DNA of 53,157 bases, taken from sequence record OY757064.1; one strand, given 5' to 3'. Numbering within the stretch: the stretch's first letter is position 1; every line of letters starts with the position of its first letter. Positions 45,289-52,858 of this stretch are shown one piece after another. Source of the DNA: Klebsiella phage vB_Kpn_K62PH164C2. The notes beneath the pieces are model-generated. The model saw only the letters and a list, made by a program, of their open reading frames with translations. It made no database searches and had not been told where the DNA came from. Both the position numbers and the translations under genes were made by a program.

Positions 45289-45570
45289 ATGAAACTGAAG
45301 CGCGAAGCAATCAAGTTAGGCAACGAGTACAACGGCAAGTGGAATTTCGTTATCATGGATAACAACGCTGAAGCAATCGAAGCCGTAGAAGAGGCGCTCT
45401 GTGAAATGAATACTGGTTTCTCTATCGGCGGCGAAGAGAAAACTTGGGGCGACTACTGTGACCAATGCCCTTGCTACGAAGACGGCTACGGCTCCGGTTT
45501 CTGGATTGAAGTAGAAGATGTTCCGGCCTTCAAAGAAGCATACAAAGCAGCCAAGAAAGCAGCAAAATAA
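45289..45570 (+). CDS. hypothetical protein
   Basis: MKLKREAIKLGNEYNGKWNF, AAAAGGA RBS. Confidence 0.62.
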   Translation: MKLKREAIKLGNEYNGKWNFVIMDNNAEAIEAVEEALCEMNTGFSIGGEEKTWGDYCDQCPCYEDGYGSGFWIEVEDVPAFKEAYKAAKKAAK

Positions 45571-45607
45571 CCAACGGGCCGAAAGGCCCAATCAGGGAGA
45601 ATGCACA

Positions 45608-45874
45608 ATGACCACTTTCCGCAACCAGGTACTCGCAGCAAAGGCGCAATCACCAGACCGCCAGATCCGATACCTCGCCTTCGTCACCGATAACCCGCAT
45701 CGCGCATTTGTTGGCAACCGATACGAGAACAGAGAGGCATATCTCGCCTGGCTGGATGACCGTAAGGCCGAGTACGCAGCGGCTTACCCTGGCTGGTTGC
45801 TCGGCGGCGTGACTATCGCCAGTCAAGAGCACTTCACCGATTTCATCCTTCGCGGAGGTTGGCGCAATGATTAA
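45608..45874 (+). CDS. hypothetical protein
   Basis: MTTFRNQVLAAKAQSPDRQIRY. Confidence 0.6.
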   Translation: MTTFRNQVLAAKAQSPDRQIRYLAFVTDNPHRAFVGNRYENREAYLAWLDDRKAEYAAAYPGWLLGGVTIASQEHFTDFILRGGWRND

Positions 45875-46181
45875 GGGCTTCATTTCCAAGTCTATCAACA
45901 TGCCGGGCGAGGTTGTGGAGCGGCCCGTACTGGTCACGCCTTGCGCAACGTATATCTGGTACAAGGGAGCGTGGCGCATGAGGCCAGATCCCGATGGCGG
46001 CTTGAGCAGTGGCGACATATACAACTTGTACCGCAGAGAGCGAGCGATGTTCTATACGGCCTATCATGCCACAACATCGAAGCCGCTCATTCACGCGCGG
46101 TTAGGCATCGACCCGATTCATTACGCAAGGCATAAGCTAGACCCTGGCTATTACGAACGCGCCAGAAGCTGGCACAAATAG
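45867..46181 (+). CDS. hypothetical protein
   Basis: 104-aa ORF overlapping upstream gene. Confidence 0.6.
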   Translation: MIKGFISKSINMPGEVVERPVLVTPCATYIWYKGAWRMRPDPDGGLSSGDIYNLYRRERAMFYTAYHATTSKPLIHARLGIDPIHYARHKLDPGYYERARSWHK

Positions 46182-46221
46182 CACTTTTTGTTAAACATGC
46201 CTCGGCGACCTGGGGCATAAT
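46179..46221 (+). promoter_or_regulatory. TAGCAC-module promoter
   Basis: TAGCACTTTTTGTTA-N22-CATAAT; ATGCC...GGCAT. Confidence 0.78.
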
Positions 46222-46251
46222 ACATGCATCAACTAATCAGGAGTCAAGCTA

Positions 46252-46464
46252 ATGAAACTACGTTGCATAACATCCGAATCAATCAACTACGCGCCAGGGT
46301 TCGAGTATAGCGCCGAGCTGGGCGGAACCGTTCGCACGCCGCATGGCTCTATCGGTTGTGACGTGGTTCACGGCTCGCATACCTGGTTTTTCTTCAATAA
46401 ATCAACCCTGTCAGCGGAGCGCCGAAGCGGTCACGTTGTCGCAACATTCGAGGTAATATCATGA
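46252..46464 (+). CDS. small unknown protein of 'MKLRC' family
   Basis: MKLRCITSESINYAPGFEYSAELGG, AGGAG RBS. Confidence 0.62.
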   Translation: MKLRCITSESINYAPGFEYSAELGGTVRTPHGSIGCDVVHGSHTWFFFNKSTLSAERRSGHVVATFEVIS

Positions 46465-46781
46465 TCACCACTAAAAACCCACTTCCCGGCAACCTGTACC
46501 TGCTGCGTCACACTGGCGGGATTCGTAACGTCCTGCTTTACATTCACCAGGACGGCTCTTGCTCAAGCGTATGGGCCAGCAGCGACGGCAAACGCCTGTA
46601 CAGATTCCGGGCATTTGAGAATCCGGGCGCTGAAGGTAGCGACGACTGGCTTTATGATATCCGGTTTGATGGCACTACGTTCAAGGCCGTTTTCGTTGGT
46701 CGCCCAACCAAGCCTCCGCACCGCATTACCAATGCGGAGATTTTCGAACTGTACACCAAATTCAACGTAACTCACGGGTGA
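46461..46781 (+). CDS. hypothetical protein
   Basis: 106-aa ORF, ATGA overlap. Confidence 0.6.
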   Translation: MITTKNPLPGNLYLLRHTGGIRNVLLYIHQDGSCSSVWASSDGKRLYRFRAFENPGAEGSDDWLYDIRFDGTTFKAVFVGRPTKPPHRITNAEIFELYTKFNVTHG

Positions 46782-46785
46782 TAAA

Positions 46786-47124
46786 ATGAAACCAATTATC
46801 AGCGGGTTCGATCGTAACTGGATGGTAGGCCCGTGCGGGGAGCAGCCTGTACTTTGCCGCCTGGTATGGGTTCCGCACAAAAGCGAGCACGGATCGCGAC
46901 ACGACATTATGCGCTCATGGGCGGCGCGCAATCGCCTGTTTGTTATGGTGGTGCCAGGTATGGGCGAGCATGGCAATAACTACGGACTCGGCGCAATGCG
47001 CCAGGTTTACTATCAGTATGGCATAGGCTTTTTCCTCCAGGCCAATAGCAGGGCCAGAAAAGAGGTGATCTCTCTCGACAAGATCATGCAATCGGCCTAC
47101 CTCTTCACTAACGGGATGCACTAA
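46786..47124 (+). CDS. hypothetical protein
   Basis: 112-aa ORF. Confidence 0.6.
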   Translation: MKPIISGFDRNWMVGPCGEQPVLCRLVWVPHKSEHGSRHDIMRSWAARNRLFVMVVPGMGEHGNNYGLGAMRQVYYQYGIGFFLQANSRARKEVISLDKIMQSAYLFTNGMH

Positions 47125-47126
47125 TA

Positions 47127-47315
47127 ATGATTGACAACATCGCTTACTTTATGCTTCTTATTGCCGTCCTGATTATGGTCAGCGCCTACAGCAAGCAGGC
47201 GCGCGAGCTTGACAAGGCCAGGCGAGAGCTATCCGAGGTTAAGCGCCAAAAGGCCGCTTATGAGTCTCGAATTATCGCCATGAATAAGCGCTTCAGTAGA
47301 TTATTCAGAGAATAG
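47127..47315 (+). CDS. small predicted membrane protein with coiled-coil tail
   Basis: MIDNIAYFMLLIAVLIMVSAYSKQARELDKARRELSEVKRQ. Confidence 0.62.
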   Translation: MIDNIAYFMLLIAVLIMVSAYSKQARELDKARRELSEVKRQKAAYESRIIAMNKRFSRLFRE

Positions 47316-47355
47316 CACGAATTGCTAAACGCGAGCCACGCAGACGCGCTATAGT
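47313..47355 (+). promoter_or_regulatory. TAGCAC-module promoter
   Basis: TAGCACGAATTGCTA-N22-TATAGT. Confidence 0.82.
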
Positions 47356-47455
47356 ATACCCACACAAGCAAACGGGCGGCTTGAAATTGAGTCGCTCACA
47401 ACTTGATTTAGGCGCATCACAATCGATGCAAAAACGTTAAATTTTGGAGATTACC

Positions 47456-47779
47456 ATGAAACTTAAAACCCTGTTAGCTGCCGTCAACGTTGACAAGTTG
47501 AACCGTAATCGCTTTGGCATGATTCGCGCCGTGCATTTCACCGTTGAAGAGCTTAAGGCGAATCGCTATACCCATATAGCCGTTGAAATGGATGGGTCAA
47601 TCTTCGCATGGACTGGCAAAGATCGCCCGCTGGCTATGCGTCGCGGCGATAAATCGCTTGATGGTTGGTTTAGCAACCTGAATATCAATAACGGAATCCG
47701 CGATTGCAACCTCGGCGAAATGGTCGGCTCCTTGGGCTATGCCCCGGCTAACTGGCATCGCATGGTTTGGGCGCTATAG
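47456..47779 (+). CDS. hypothetical protein
   Basis: MKLKTLLAAVNVDKLNRN, GGAGA RBS. Confidence 0.62.
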   Translation: MKLKTLLAAVNVDKLNRNRFGMIRAVHFTVEELKANRYTHIAVEMDGSIFAWTGKDRPLAMRRGDKSLDGWFSNLNINNGIRDCNLGEMVGSLGYAPANWHRMVWAL

Positions 47780-47819
47780 CACGAATTGCTAAAACACGAT
47801 CGGGGTAAGCTGTTATAGT
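47777..47819 (+). promoter_or_regulatory. TAGCAC-module promoter
   Basis: TAGCACGAATTGCTA-N22-TATAGT; GGGGTAA...TTACCCC. Confidence 0.85.
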
Positions 47820-47850
47820 TACCCCACACCAAACAAACGAGGATATCAAA

Positions 47851-48270
47851 ATGATGAACCAAAAGCGCGGGCAGGTTGAAGTTATCGTGATCACCAGCGT
47901 CCCGGTTGAATATAGCGACACTTTCTCTTGCGCAATTGGCAAGCCGATTACAGCCAAGAAAACGGGTTACGGTGGCTGGCACGTCCTGGTTGCTCATGAC
48001 GTAGCAACTAACCCTAATTCGATCTGGTCTAATAGCGAGGATGTTACCCTATTCCTTAGCTCGGAGTTCGCAAGACCAGCAACTCAGCAGGAAGTAAGGG
48101 AAATGTTAGCTCCGCTGACTGGTGGGATTGCAAAGGAAATAGGCGACTCAATGCAGGCGTACGTGCGCGCCACCTCACGCGATAATCCATTCCGCCATTG
48201 GAACCGCATCAAGGGCAACCGCAAACTTGGGTTGCCGGAAGTTTACGCCATGCAGGAGTTACGCGCATGA
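47851..48270 (+). CDS. hypothetical protein
   Basis: 139-aa ORF after conserved leader ACACCAAACAAACGAGG. Confidence 0.6.
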   Translation: MMNQKRGQVEVIVITSVPVEYSDTFSCAIGKPITAKKTGYGGWHVLVAHDVATNPNSIWSNSEDVTLFLSSEFARPATQQEVREMLAPLTGGIAKEIGDSMQAYVRATSRDNPFRHWNRIKGNRKLGLPEVYAMQELRA

Positions 48271-48503
48271 AAATGAAATGCATAGCAACAGGGAAGCATT
48301 GCTTTTTCACCATTGGCAAGACCTACGGAGCGGAGCATGGCGGGTACGATGATTCAATCCGCCGCCAGTGGGTTCACGTATGCCAAGATGATATGGTATC
48401 GGATCTCGAAGGTGTAGATCGTTGGGTTGCCGTACCGATGCGCGGGCATAAGAACCGCTTCGAGATCCCAGGCAACAACACAATCCTGGAGATTGTAGAG
48501 TGA
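48267..48503 (+). CDS. small unknown protein of 'MKMKC' family
   Basis: MKMKCIATGKHCFFTIGKTYGAEHGGYDD; ATGA overlap. Confidence 0.62.
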   Translation: MKMKCIATGKHCFFTIGKTYGAEHGGYDDSIRRQWVHVCQDDMVSDLEGVDRWVAVPMRGHKNRFEIPGNNTILEIVE

Positions 48504-48733
48504 AAATAAAATGTTTGCGCGTGGGAGGATTGCTTGCGCCTTACTTCTCGCCTGGTGTAGAATACCGGGCGTCACTCGGCGATGATGACATAATTCATTG
48601 TCGCGAGGATGACAAAAATACGGTAGCGGAAGATTGCATTCCCTGGTCATTCTGGCGTATGCCTAACGGGATAATCAGCGCATACCAAAAGGAAAATCAT
48701 ACACTTTTTGAGGTAGTAGATCATGACAACTAA
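48500..48733 (+). CDS. small unknown protein of 'MKIKC' family
   Basis: MKIKCLRVGGLLAPYFSPGVEYRASLGDDD; overlaps previous gene. Confidence 0.62.
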   Translation: MKIKCLRVGGLLAPYFSPGVEYRASLGDDDIIHCREDDKNTVAEDCIPWSFWRMPNGIISAYQKENHTLFEVVDHDN

Positions 48734-49010
48734 AATTGGCTTTCAGTGCATCGCAATCCATGACCAATCACGCGCGGCTGGATACTTTACCGCCAACGCA
48801 ATTTACCCCCTATCCGAACGAATCGAAGATAACTATCAGACCGTCATTGCTGACAACGGGCGCGGCTTCGCACTAACTCCCGGAAATGGTCGTTGGGTTA
48901 ACGCTGGTGAGCCGTTCATTGAATTCCGCCAGGTTGAGATTGAAGTTGAAGATGAGCCGCTTATGACAGCGCCGGATTACATCCCTGAAGAGGAATTAAA
49001 CGATGAATAA
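48723..49010 (+). CDS. small unknown protein, possibly of the same family
   Basis: 'IGFQCIAIHDQSRAAGYFTANAIYPLSERIEDNYQTVIADNGRGFAL'. Confidence 0.58.
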   Translation: MTTKIGFQCIAIHDQSRAAGYFTANAIYPLSERIEDNYQTVIADNGRGFALTPGNGRWVNAGEPFIEFRQVEIEVEDEPLMTAPDYIPEEELNDE

Positions 49011-49245
49011 ATTATTCGAATCCATCCGCAAGCAGTGGAATAAATTATTCCGCCGTTATGATATCGTTGCCGAGCAAAAGCGCCTTGGCGGTACTAAGTG
49101 GACGCGACACCATATCTACCAGCGCGGCGCGTTTGGGAAGTGCGCTTACCTCGGATACCGTTTGAACGTGGTCGATGCAATCCAGGTTATCGCGGAGCAC
49201 TCAAACGGAGATTGTCACATTAACATTGCCAAGGTGAAGAAATGA
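49003..49245 (+). CDS. hypothetical protein
   Basis: 80-aa ORF overlapping neighbours. Confidence 0.58.
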   Translation: MNKLFESIRKQWNKLFRRYDIVAEQKRLGGTKWTRHHIYQRGAFGKCAYLGYRLNVVDAIQVIAEHSNGDCHINIAKVKK

Positions 49246-49481
49246 CCGCTCAGAGCAACAAGGCTTTTGATTCGTATTGGCTATCAGTTGCCGCAATCCT
49301 GGCGCTGCTGTTCGTTATCGTAATAACACTAAGCAAGCCACCAGTGAAGCCGATCCCGGCGTGCTATGATACTGGCGAAGTGCAAGTTGTATCAGTGCAT
49401 AATAGCGGCATTCAGAGTACGATCGAGTATCAGTATGAAGTGCAATGTAACAACGGCGAATCATACTGGCGCAGCAAATAG
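49242..49481 (+). CDS. small predicted membrane protein
   Basis: 'YWLSVAAILALLFVIVITLSKPPV' TM segment. Confidence 0.62.
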   Translation: MTAQSNKAFDSYWLSVAAILALLFVIVITLSKPPVKPIPACYDTGEVQVVSVHNSGIQSTIEYQYEVQCNNGESYWRSK

Positions 49482-49521
49482 CACTTTTTGCTAAGACTTT
49501 CCGCAAGGCCATTGATATAGT
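49479..49521 (+). promoter_or_regulatory. TAGCAC-module promoter
   Basis: TAGCACTTTTTGCTA-N22-TATAGT inside AAGGCCA...TGGCCTT. Confidence 0.87.
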
Positions 49522-49559
49522 GGCCTTATTGAAAGCAACCAACAATAGAGGAAATGGTT

Positions 49560-49742
49560 ATGTCATTCAAGGTATACAGCAAGACCGAAGAGGCCAAAAA
49601 GCCGACCATGCGCATGTTTGATGATGCAGAGCAGGCGCAGCAGCACGCAGCAAACGAGATCGCCGAAGGTAAGCATGTTGTCGTTACCAGCGTTCGCGAA
49701 GTGATTATTTTTGATAACGCTAGCCAGGGGGCCGAACAATGA
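49560..49742 (+). CDS. hypothetical protein
   Basis: MSFKVYSKTEEAKKPTM, AGAGGA RBS. Confidence 0.6.
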   Translation: MSFKVYSKTEEAKKPTMRMFDDAEQAQQHAANEIAEGKHVVVTSVREVIIFDNASQGAEQ

Positions 49743-50227
49743 AAACTGTAAAACTCATGATCGTAAACGCTCGCGATGAGCACAATAAGCACCGCATTGG
49801 TCAGATCTTCGAAGCCAAAGAGTTCAATCGCGGCAGGTCACGGTTCCAGATCATCCCGAAAGATGGCCTCCCCGCCTACGGCATCAACCCGGTAAGCGAT
49901 GACGAAGATTTAACGATCCGTGTCGGCTTCGGCCCTGATGATGCAATTTTCCACTTGCGCAAGGTATCCAAGGCATCACCGCGCAAGCTTCTGGTTCGTG
50001 CGCTGAAAGTGATCGCCAAAGAGCGCGGGTATACTAACGCATACGTTCGCCGCTATGGCGAGTGCGCCAACATTGGCGATTGGGCGCGCCAGTGGGCGGA
50101 TTGGTACATCGGGAAAGATGGTCGTTTTAACTCATCCAATACGGACTGGCTACACGGTACGGAGCACGATCCGGTAGATGGTCATGAGTTCCGGGAGTTC
50201 ATGCAAGCGGAATTTGATTCTTACTGA
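49739..50227 (+). CDS. hypothetical protein
   Basis: 162-aa ORF, ATGA overlap. Confidence 0.62.
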   Translation: MKTVKLMIVNARDEHNKHRIGQIFEAKEFNRGRSRFQIIPKDGLPAYGINPVSDDEDLTIRVGFGPDDAIFHLRKVSKASPRKLLVRALKVIAKERGYTNAYVRRYGECANIGDWARQWADWYIGKDGRFNSSNTDWLHGTEHDPVDGHEFREFMQAEFDSY

Positions 50228-50270
50228 TAGCACTTTTTGTTAAAACAACATTCCGGGCCTGCTGTATAGT
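50228..50270 (+). promoter_or_regulatory. TAGCAC-module promoter
   Basis: TAGCACTTTTTGTTA-N22-TATAGT; GGGCCT...AGGCCC; TAG directly follows the TGA of gene 49739-50227. Confidence 0.87.
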
Positions 50271-50300
50271 AGGCCCACACAAACAAACGAGGATATTAAC

Positions 50301-50918
50301 ATGAACCGCTCCTACCATTTCCCTTTCGTTGTCCACTCTCGCGGCGTTGGTACTTTCCGTTACCAGCATCGGGGAGATCGCGCCATTTTTACCAACCCTC
50401 TCGGAGTAAAGGATCGCGCACCGTCACAAATCCCGATCACTCACTTCCTGAATGCTAACGCAACAAGCAACCCAGATAACGTACCAACAAGGGATTATTA
50501 CATCTCCGAGGGTTACGGGCCAGCGCCTGAATGCTCCACGCCGTCAATCGCCGAAGCAATGCGCTATGCCGAGGAATCGGCGCGCAATATGTTTGGGCGT
50601 GATGAGTCTCGCGGGATCGTTAACTTCGGTTTTTATGGTGGCGGTCTTATTGGTGGCGTTAAAATCAAGTCGCCTTCCGAGGTTGCAGCGGCGTTAGGCG
50701 GGTTCGATAAAAGATCCGTCATTGCAGTCCCGAGCAAAGAGGACGCGCTAAGAAAAGAGGTCGATCGCCTGACTGGTGAGCTTACGGCGGCGCACGCCAC
50801 AATCCAGAAAGTTCGCGAAGCGATGCGTACCCGACCCGGCGATGACGTCCAGGAGCACGCCAAGGTTTTACGCCAAATGGCGGATGCGCTGGTTAATTTA
50901 TGGCGCGGTGAAAAATAG
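50301..50918 (+). CDS. hypothetical protein with C-terminal coiled coil
   Basis: 205-aa ORF after ACACAAACAAACGAGG leader. Confidence 0.65.
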   Translation: MNRSYHFPFVVHSRGVGTFRYQHRGDRAIFTNPLGVKDRAPSQIPITHFLNANATSNPDNVPTRDYYISEGYGPAPECSTPSIAEAMRYAEESARNMFGRDESRGIVNFGFYGGGLIGGVKIKSPSEVAAALGGFDKRSVIAVPSKEDALRKEVDRLTGELTAAHATIQKVREAMRTRPGDDVQEHAKVLRQMADALVNLWRGEK

Positions 50919-50958
50919 CACTAATTGCTAAACCTTCCGCAAGGGCATTTGATAGAAT
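50916..50958 (+). promoter_or_regulatory. TAGCAC-module promoter
   Basis: TAGCACTAATTGCTA-N22-TAGAAT inside AAGGGCATT...AATGCCCTT. Confidence 0.87.
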
Positions 50959-50994
50959 GCCCTTATTGAAGCAACCCAATCAGGAGCTAAACAA

Positions 50995-51267
50995 ATGGCA
51001 ATCGCATATCCAACCATCGGAAAATCATTTTTGGGCCTGGCGGTTATCGAAATCACCAACCCGAATATTCGTCACTCAGACGATGAGCCAACCCTCGCGG
51101 AGTGGGCCGGGTTTAAGGCTGGCGACCGTTTAACGGTTGAATGCTACAGCGACGGCAGCAAGTGGGCGCAAGTGGGCCGCGAGCATCATACAGAAGAGCA
51201 TGGCCAGGTTCTCGCTACAGACTGGTTCGAACTTAACGAAGACGAATATAAGGTGATCGAAGAATGA
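50995..51267 (+). CDS. hypothetical protein
   Basis: 90-aa ORF, AGGAG RBS. Confidence 0.6.
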   Translation: MAIAYPTIGKSFLGLAVIEITNPNIRHSDDEPTLAEWAGFKAGDRLTVECYSDGSKWAQVGREHHTEEHGQVLATDWFELNEDEYKVIEE

Positions 51268-51842
51268 ACAACAAGATTTGGGTTTTGACTTACACGATCG
51301 GGACTAACGAGGGGCGCAAGCAGCGCCGCCTTACCTGTGACACCAAAGAGCAAGCGGAGATGCAGCAGGCCGTTTTAGGCGGTGAGGCTATGGAGTACAT
51401 CGAATCGCCGCAATCCTTCAAGGTTGTTTGGCCTGAAAAGATTGATGTTGATGGTGTATTAGAAAGAATGCGCAAGATTCACAATGACCCGAAATCGTGG
51501 CGCGACCTGTATTGCGTACAGGCTGATGAGCCGGAAGTAAAAGCAGACCCTTTCCATTACGTTCGAAATCAGCACGCGGAATGGTCAGATCGCCAGTTTG
51601 GTGACGTTGGGCCGATTGGGCCACTTAAACACCTATCTAAGGAAGCGATCGAGGCCGCAGAAGCGCCGGATGACATTAGCGAGTTTGCTGATATCATCAT
51701 GTTAGTTTGGGATGCTACTCGCCGCGCCGGATTCGGTGATGAGCAGTTAGCCGATGCGGTGGCGGAAAAGCTGGAGCGCAACAAGCGACGCTCTTGGGGA
51801 ATCGTTAAAGATGGCGAGCCTTGCCACCACTTAAAAAAATAA
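51264..51842 (+). CDS. DUF550 / MazG-like dATP/dGTP pyrophosphohydrolase-domain protein
   Basis: 'FGDVGPIGPLKHLSKEAIEAAEAPDDISEFADIIMLVWDATRRAGFGDEQLADAVAEKLERNKRRSWG'. Confidence 0.82.
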   Translation: MNNKIWVLTYTIGTNEGRKQRRLTCDTKEQAEMQQAVLGGEAMEYIESPQSFKVVWPEKIDVDGVLERMRKIHNDPKSWRDLYCVQADEPEVKADPFHYVRNQHAEWSDRQFGDVGPIGPLKHLSKEAIEAAEAPDDISEFADIIMLVWDATRRAGFGDEQLADAVAEKLERNKRRSWGIVKDGEPCHHLKK

Positions 51843-51911
51843 CGAAATCGTATAGCATTTAATCGGCCTGTATGGCATCATGCGGGCCTCAAACAAAAGA
51901 GGTTAAATCGT

Positions 51912-52136
51912 ATGTCCGAGTATTCAAAGATTGAAGATATGCCGATTGGCGCAACCCTAAAGGGTATTAACATGAGCGAGTCAGTCGATACAATGACGCC
52001 GCTAGCCTTTCCGGTAACTCAGGTCGAAACAGATAGCGAAAAGGGTTTCATCTTTATCTATAAAAATTTTAATAGCCCGCTCCGTGTTGAGGTGTTCGTT
52101 GCTCGCGGGACGTGGGTAGAATGGGAGAAGGTTTAA
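51912..52136 (+). CDS. hypothetical protein
   Basis: 74-aa ORF in gene array. Confidence 0.55.
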   Translation: MSEYSKIEDMPIGATLKGINMSESVDTMTPLAFPVTQVETDSEKGFIFIYKNFNSPLRVEVFVARGTWVEWEKV

Positions 52137-52369
52137 TGTTCGGCTTGAGCGAAGGGCATTACAACATCGTTAAGCAGGCGGCGCGCCGTTGCGCCGAGGA
52201 TATCAAAACCACAATCAAGCGTGATAAGGCGACTTACGATCAGGTGGCGGCGGGCAAGATCTCGGAGCACCACGAAAAGGTAAGTACGCTCGTTTCTCGC
52301 GGGCAGTTCATTTGGTTAATCGGCTACCTGCAAGGCCGATTCGGTTCAACTAATGCGGAGTATGAATAA
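52133..52369 (+). CDS. hypothetical protein
   Basis: MFGLSEGHYNIVKQAARRCAEDI; overlaps neighbour. Confidence 0.58.
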   Translation, partial: LMFGLSEGHYNIVKQAARRCAEDIKTTIKRDKATYDQVAAGKISEHHEKVSTLVSRGQFIWLIGYLQGRFGSTNAEYE

Positions 52370-52566
52370 TGAGCAATCCTGTTAAGGGCGGCGCAATCGC
52401 CGCGAAGAGCAACAGCGCAGAATTCACGGCGGGTTGTGAGTATCAGATCGAAAAGGTTAGCAAGTGGCGCGGGTTGACGATGGTCAAGGTGTACAACGAC
52501 AACGGCGACCCGGTAAGCATCGAATACCCGCATGATAAAGATTTTGGGATTTTCGAATCAGTATAG
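52369..52566 (+). CDS. small unknown protein, possibly of FTxGxxY family
   Basis: 'SNSAEFTAGCEYQIEKVSKWRGLTMVKVYNDNGDPV'. Confidence 0.55.
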   Translation: MSNPVKGGAIAAKSNSAEFTAGCEYQIEKVSKWRGLTMVKVYNDNGDPVSIEYPHDKDFGIFESV

Positions 52567-52595
52567 TTGACTTGCTACGCTGACCGGGTTACTAT
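52567..52595 (+). promoter_or_regulatory. sigma70-like promoter
   Basis: TTGACT (52567-52572) - N17 - TACTAT (52590-52595). Confidence 0.55.
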
Positions 52596-52672
52596 TCCAA
52601 CCGTAGACAGAAGAGGCGCTATATATGCGCAATGTCCGCCCCGCTTAGGGGCATTTATTAGGAGGCTGAAGC

Positions 52673-52858
52673 ATGAAGTACGATGTTATGCTGCAATCTC
52701 GAAAGATGGGAGGATTCTGTAAAAGTTGCGTGCAGAATCATTCCTTTGAAGTAGAAGCAAACAGCAACGAGGAAGCGGTAAGAAAGGCGAAAGAGGCATC
52801 CGGCCTTAACCTTGACTACTACAAAATCAATATTCTCTATGTAAGGATCTCAAAATGA
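52673..52858 (+). CDS. hypothetical protein
   Basis: 61-aa ORF with TTAGGAGG RBS. Confidence 0.6.
   Translation: MKYDVMLQSRKMGGFCKSCVQNHSFEVEANSNEEAVRKAKEASGLNLDYYKINILYVRISK

Noticed and set aside
51264-51842. Z-genome (2-aminoadenine) pathway based on a MazZ-like DUF550 domain
   Set aside because: No PurZ-like succinyl-transferase or DatZ-like gene recognised; DUF550 alone occurs in ordinary phages.
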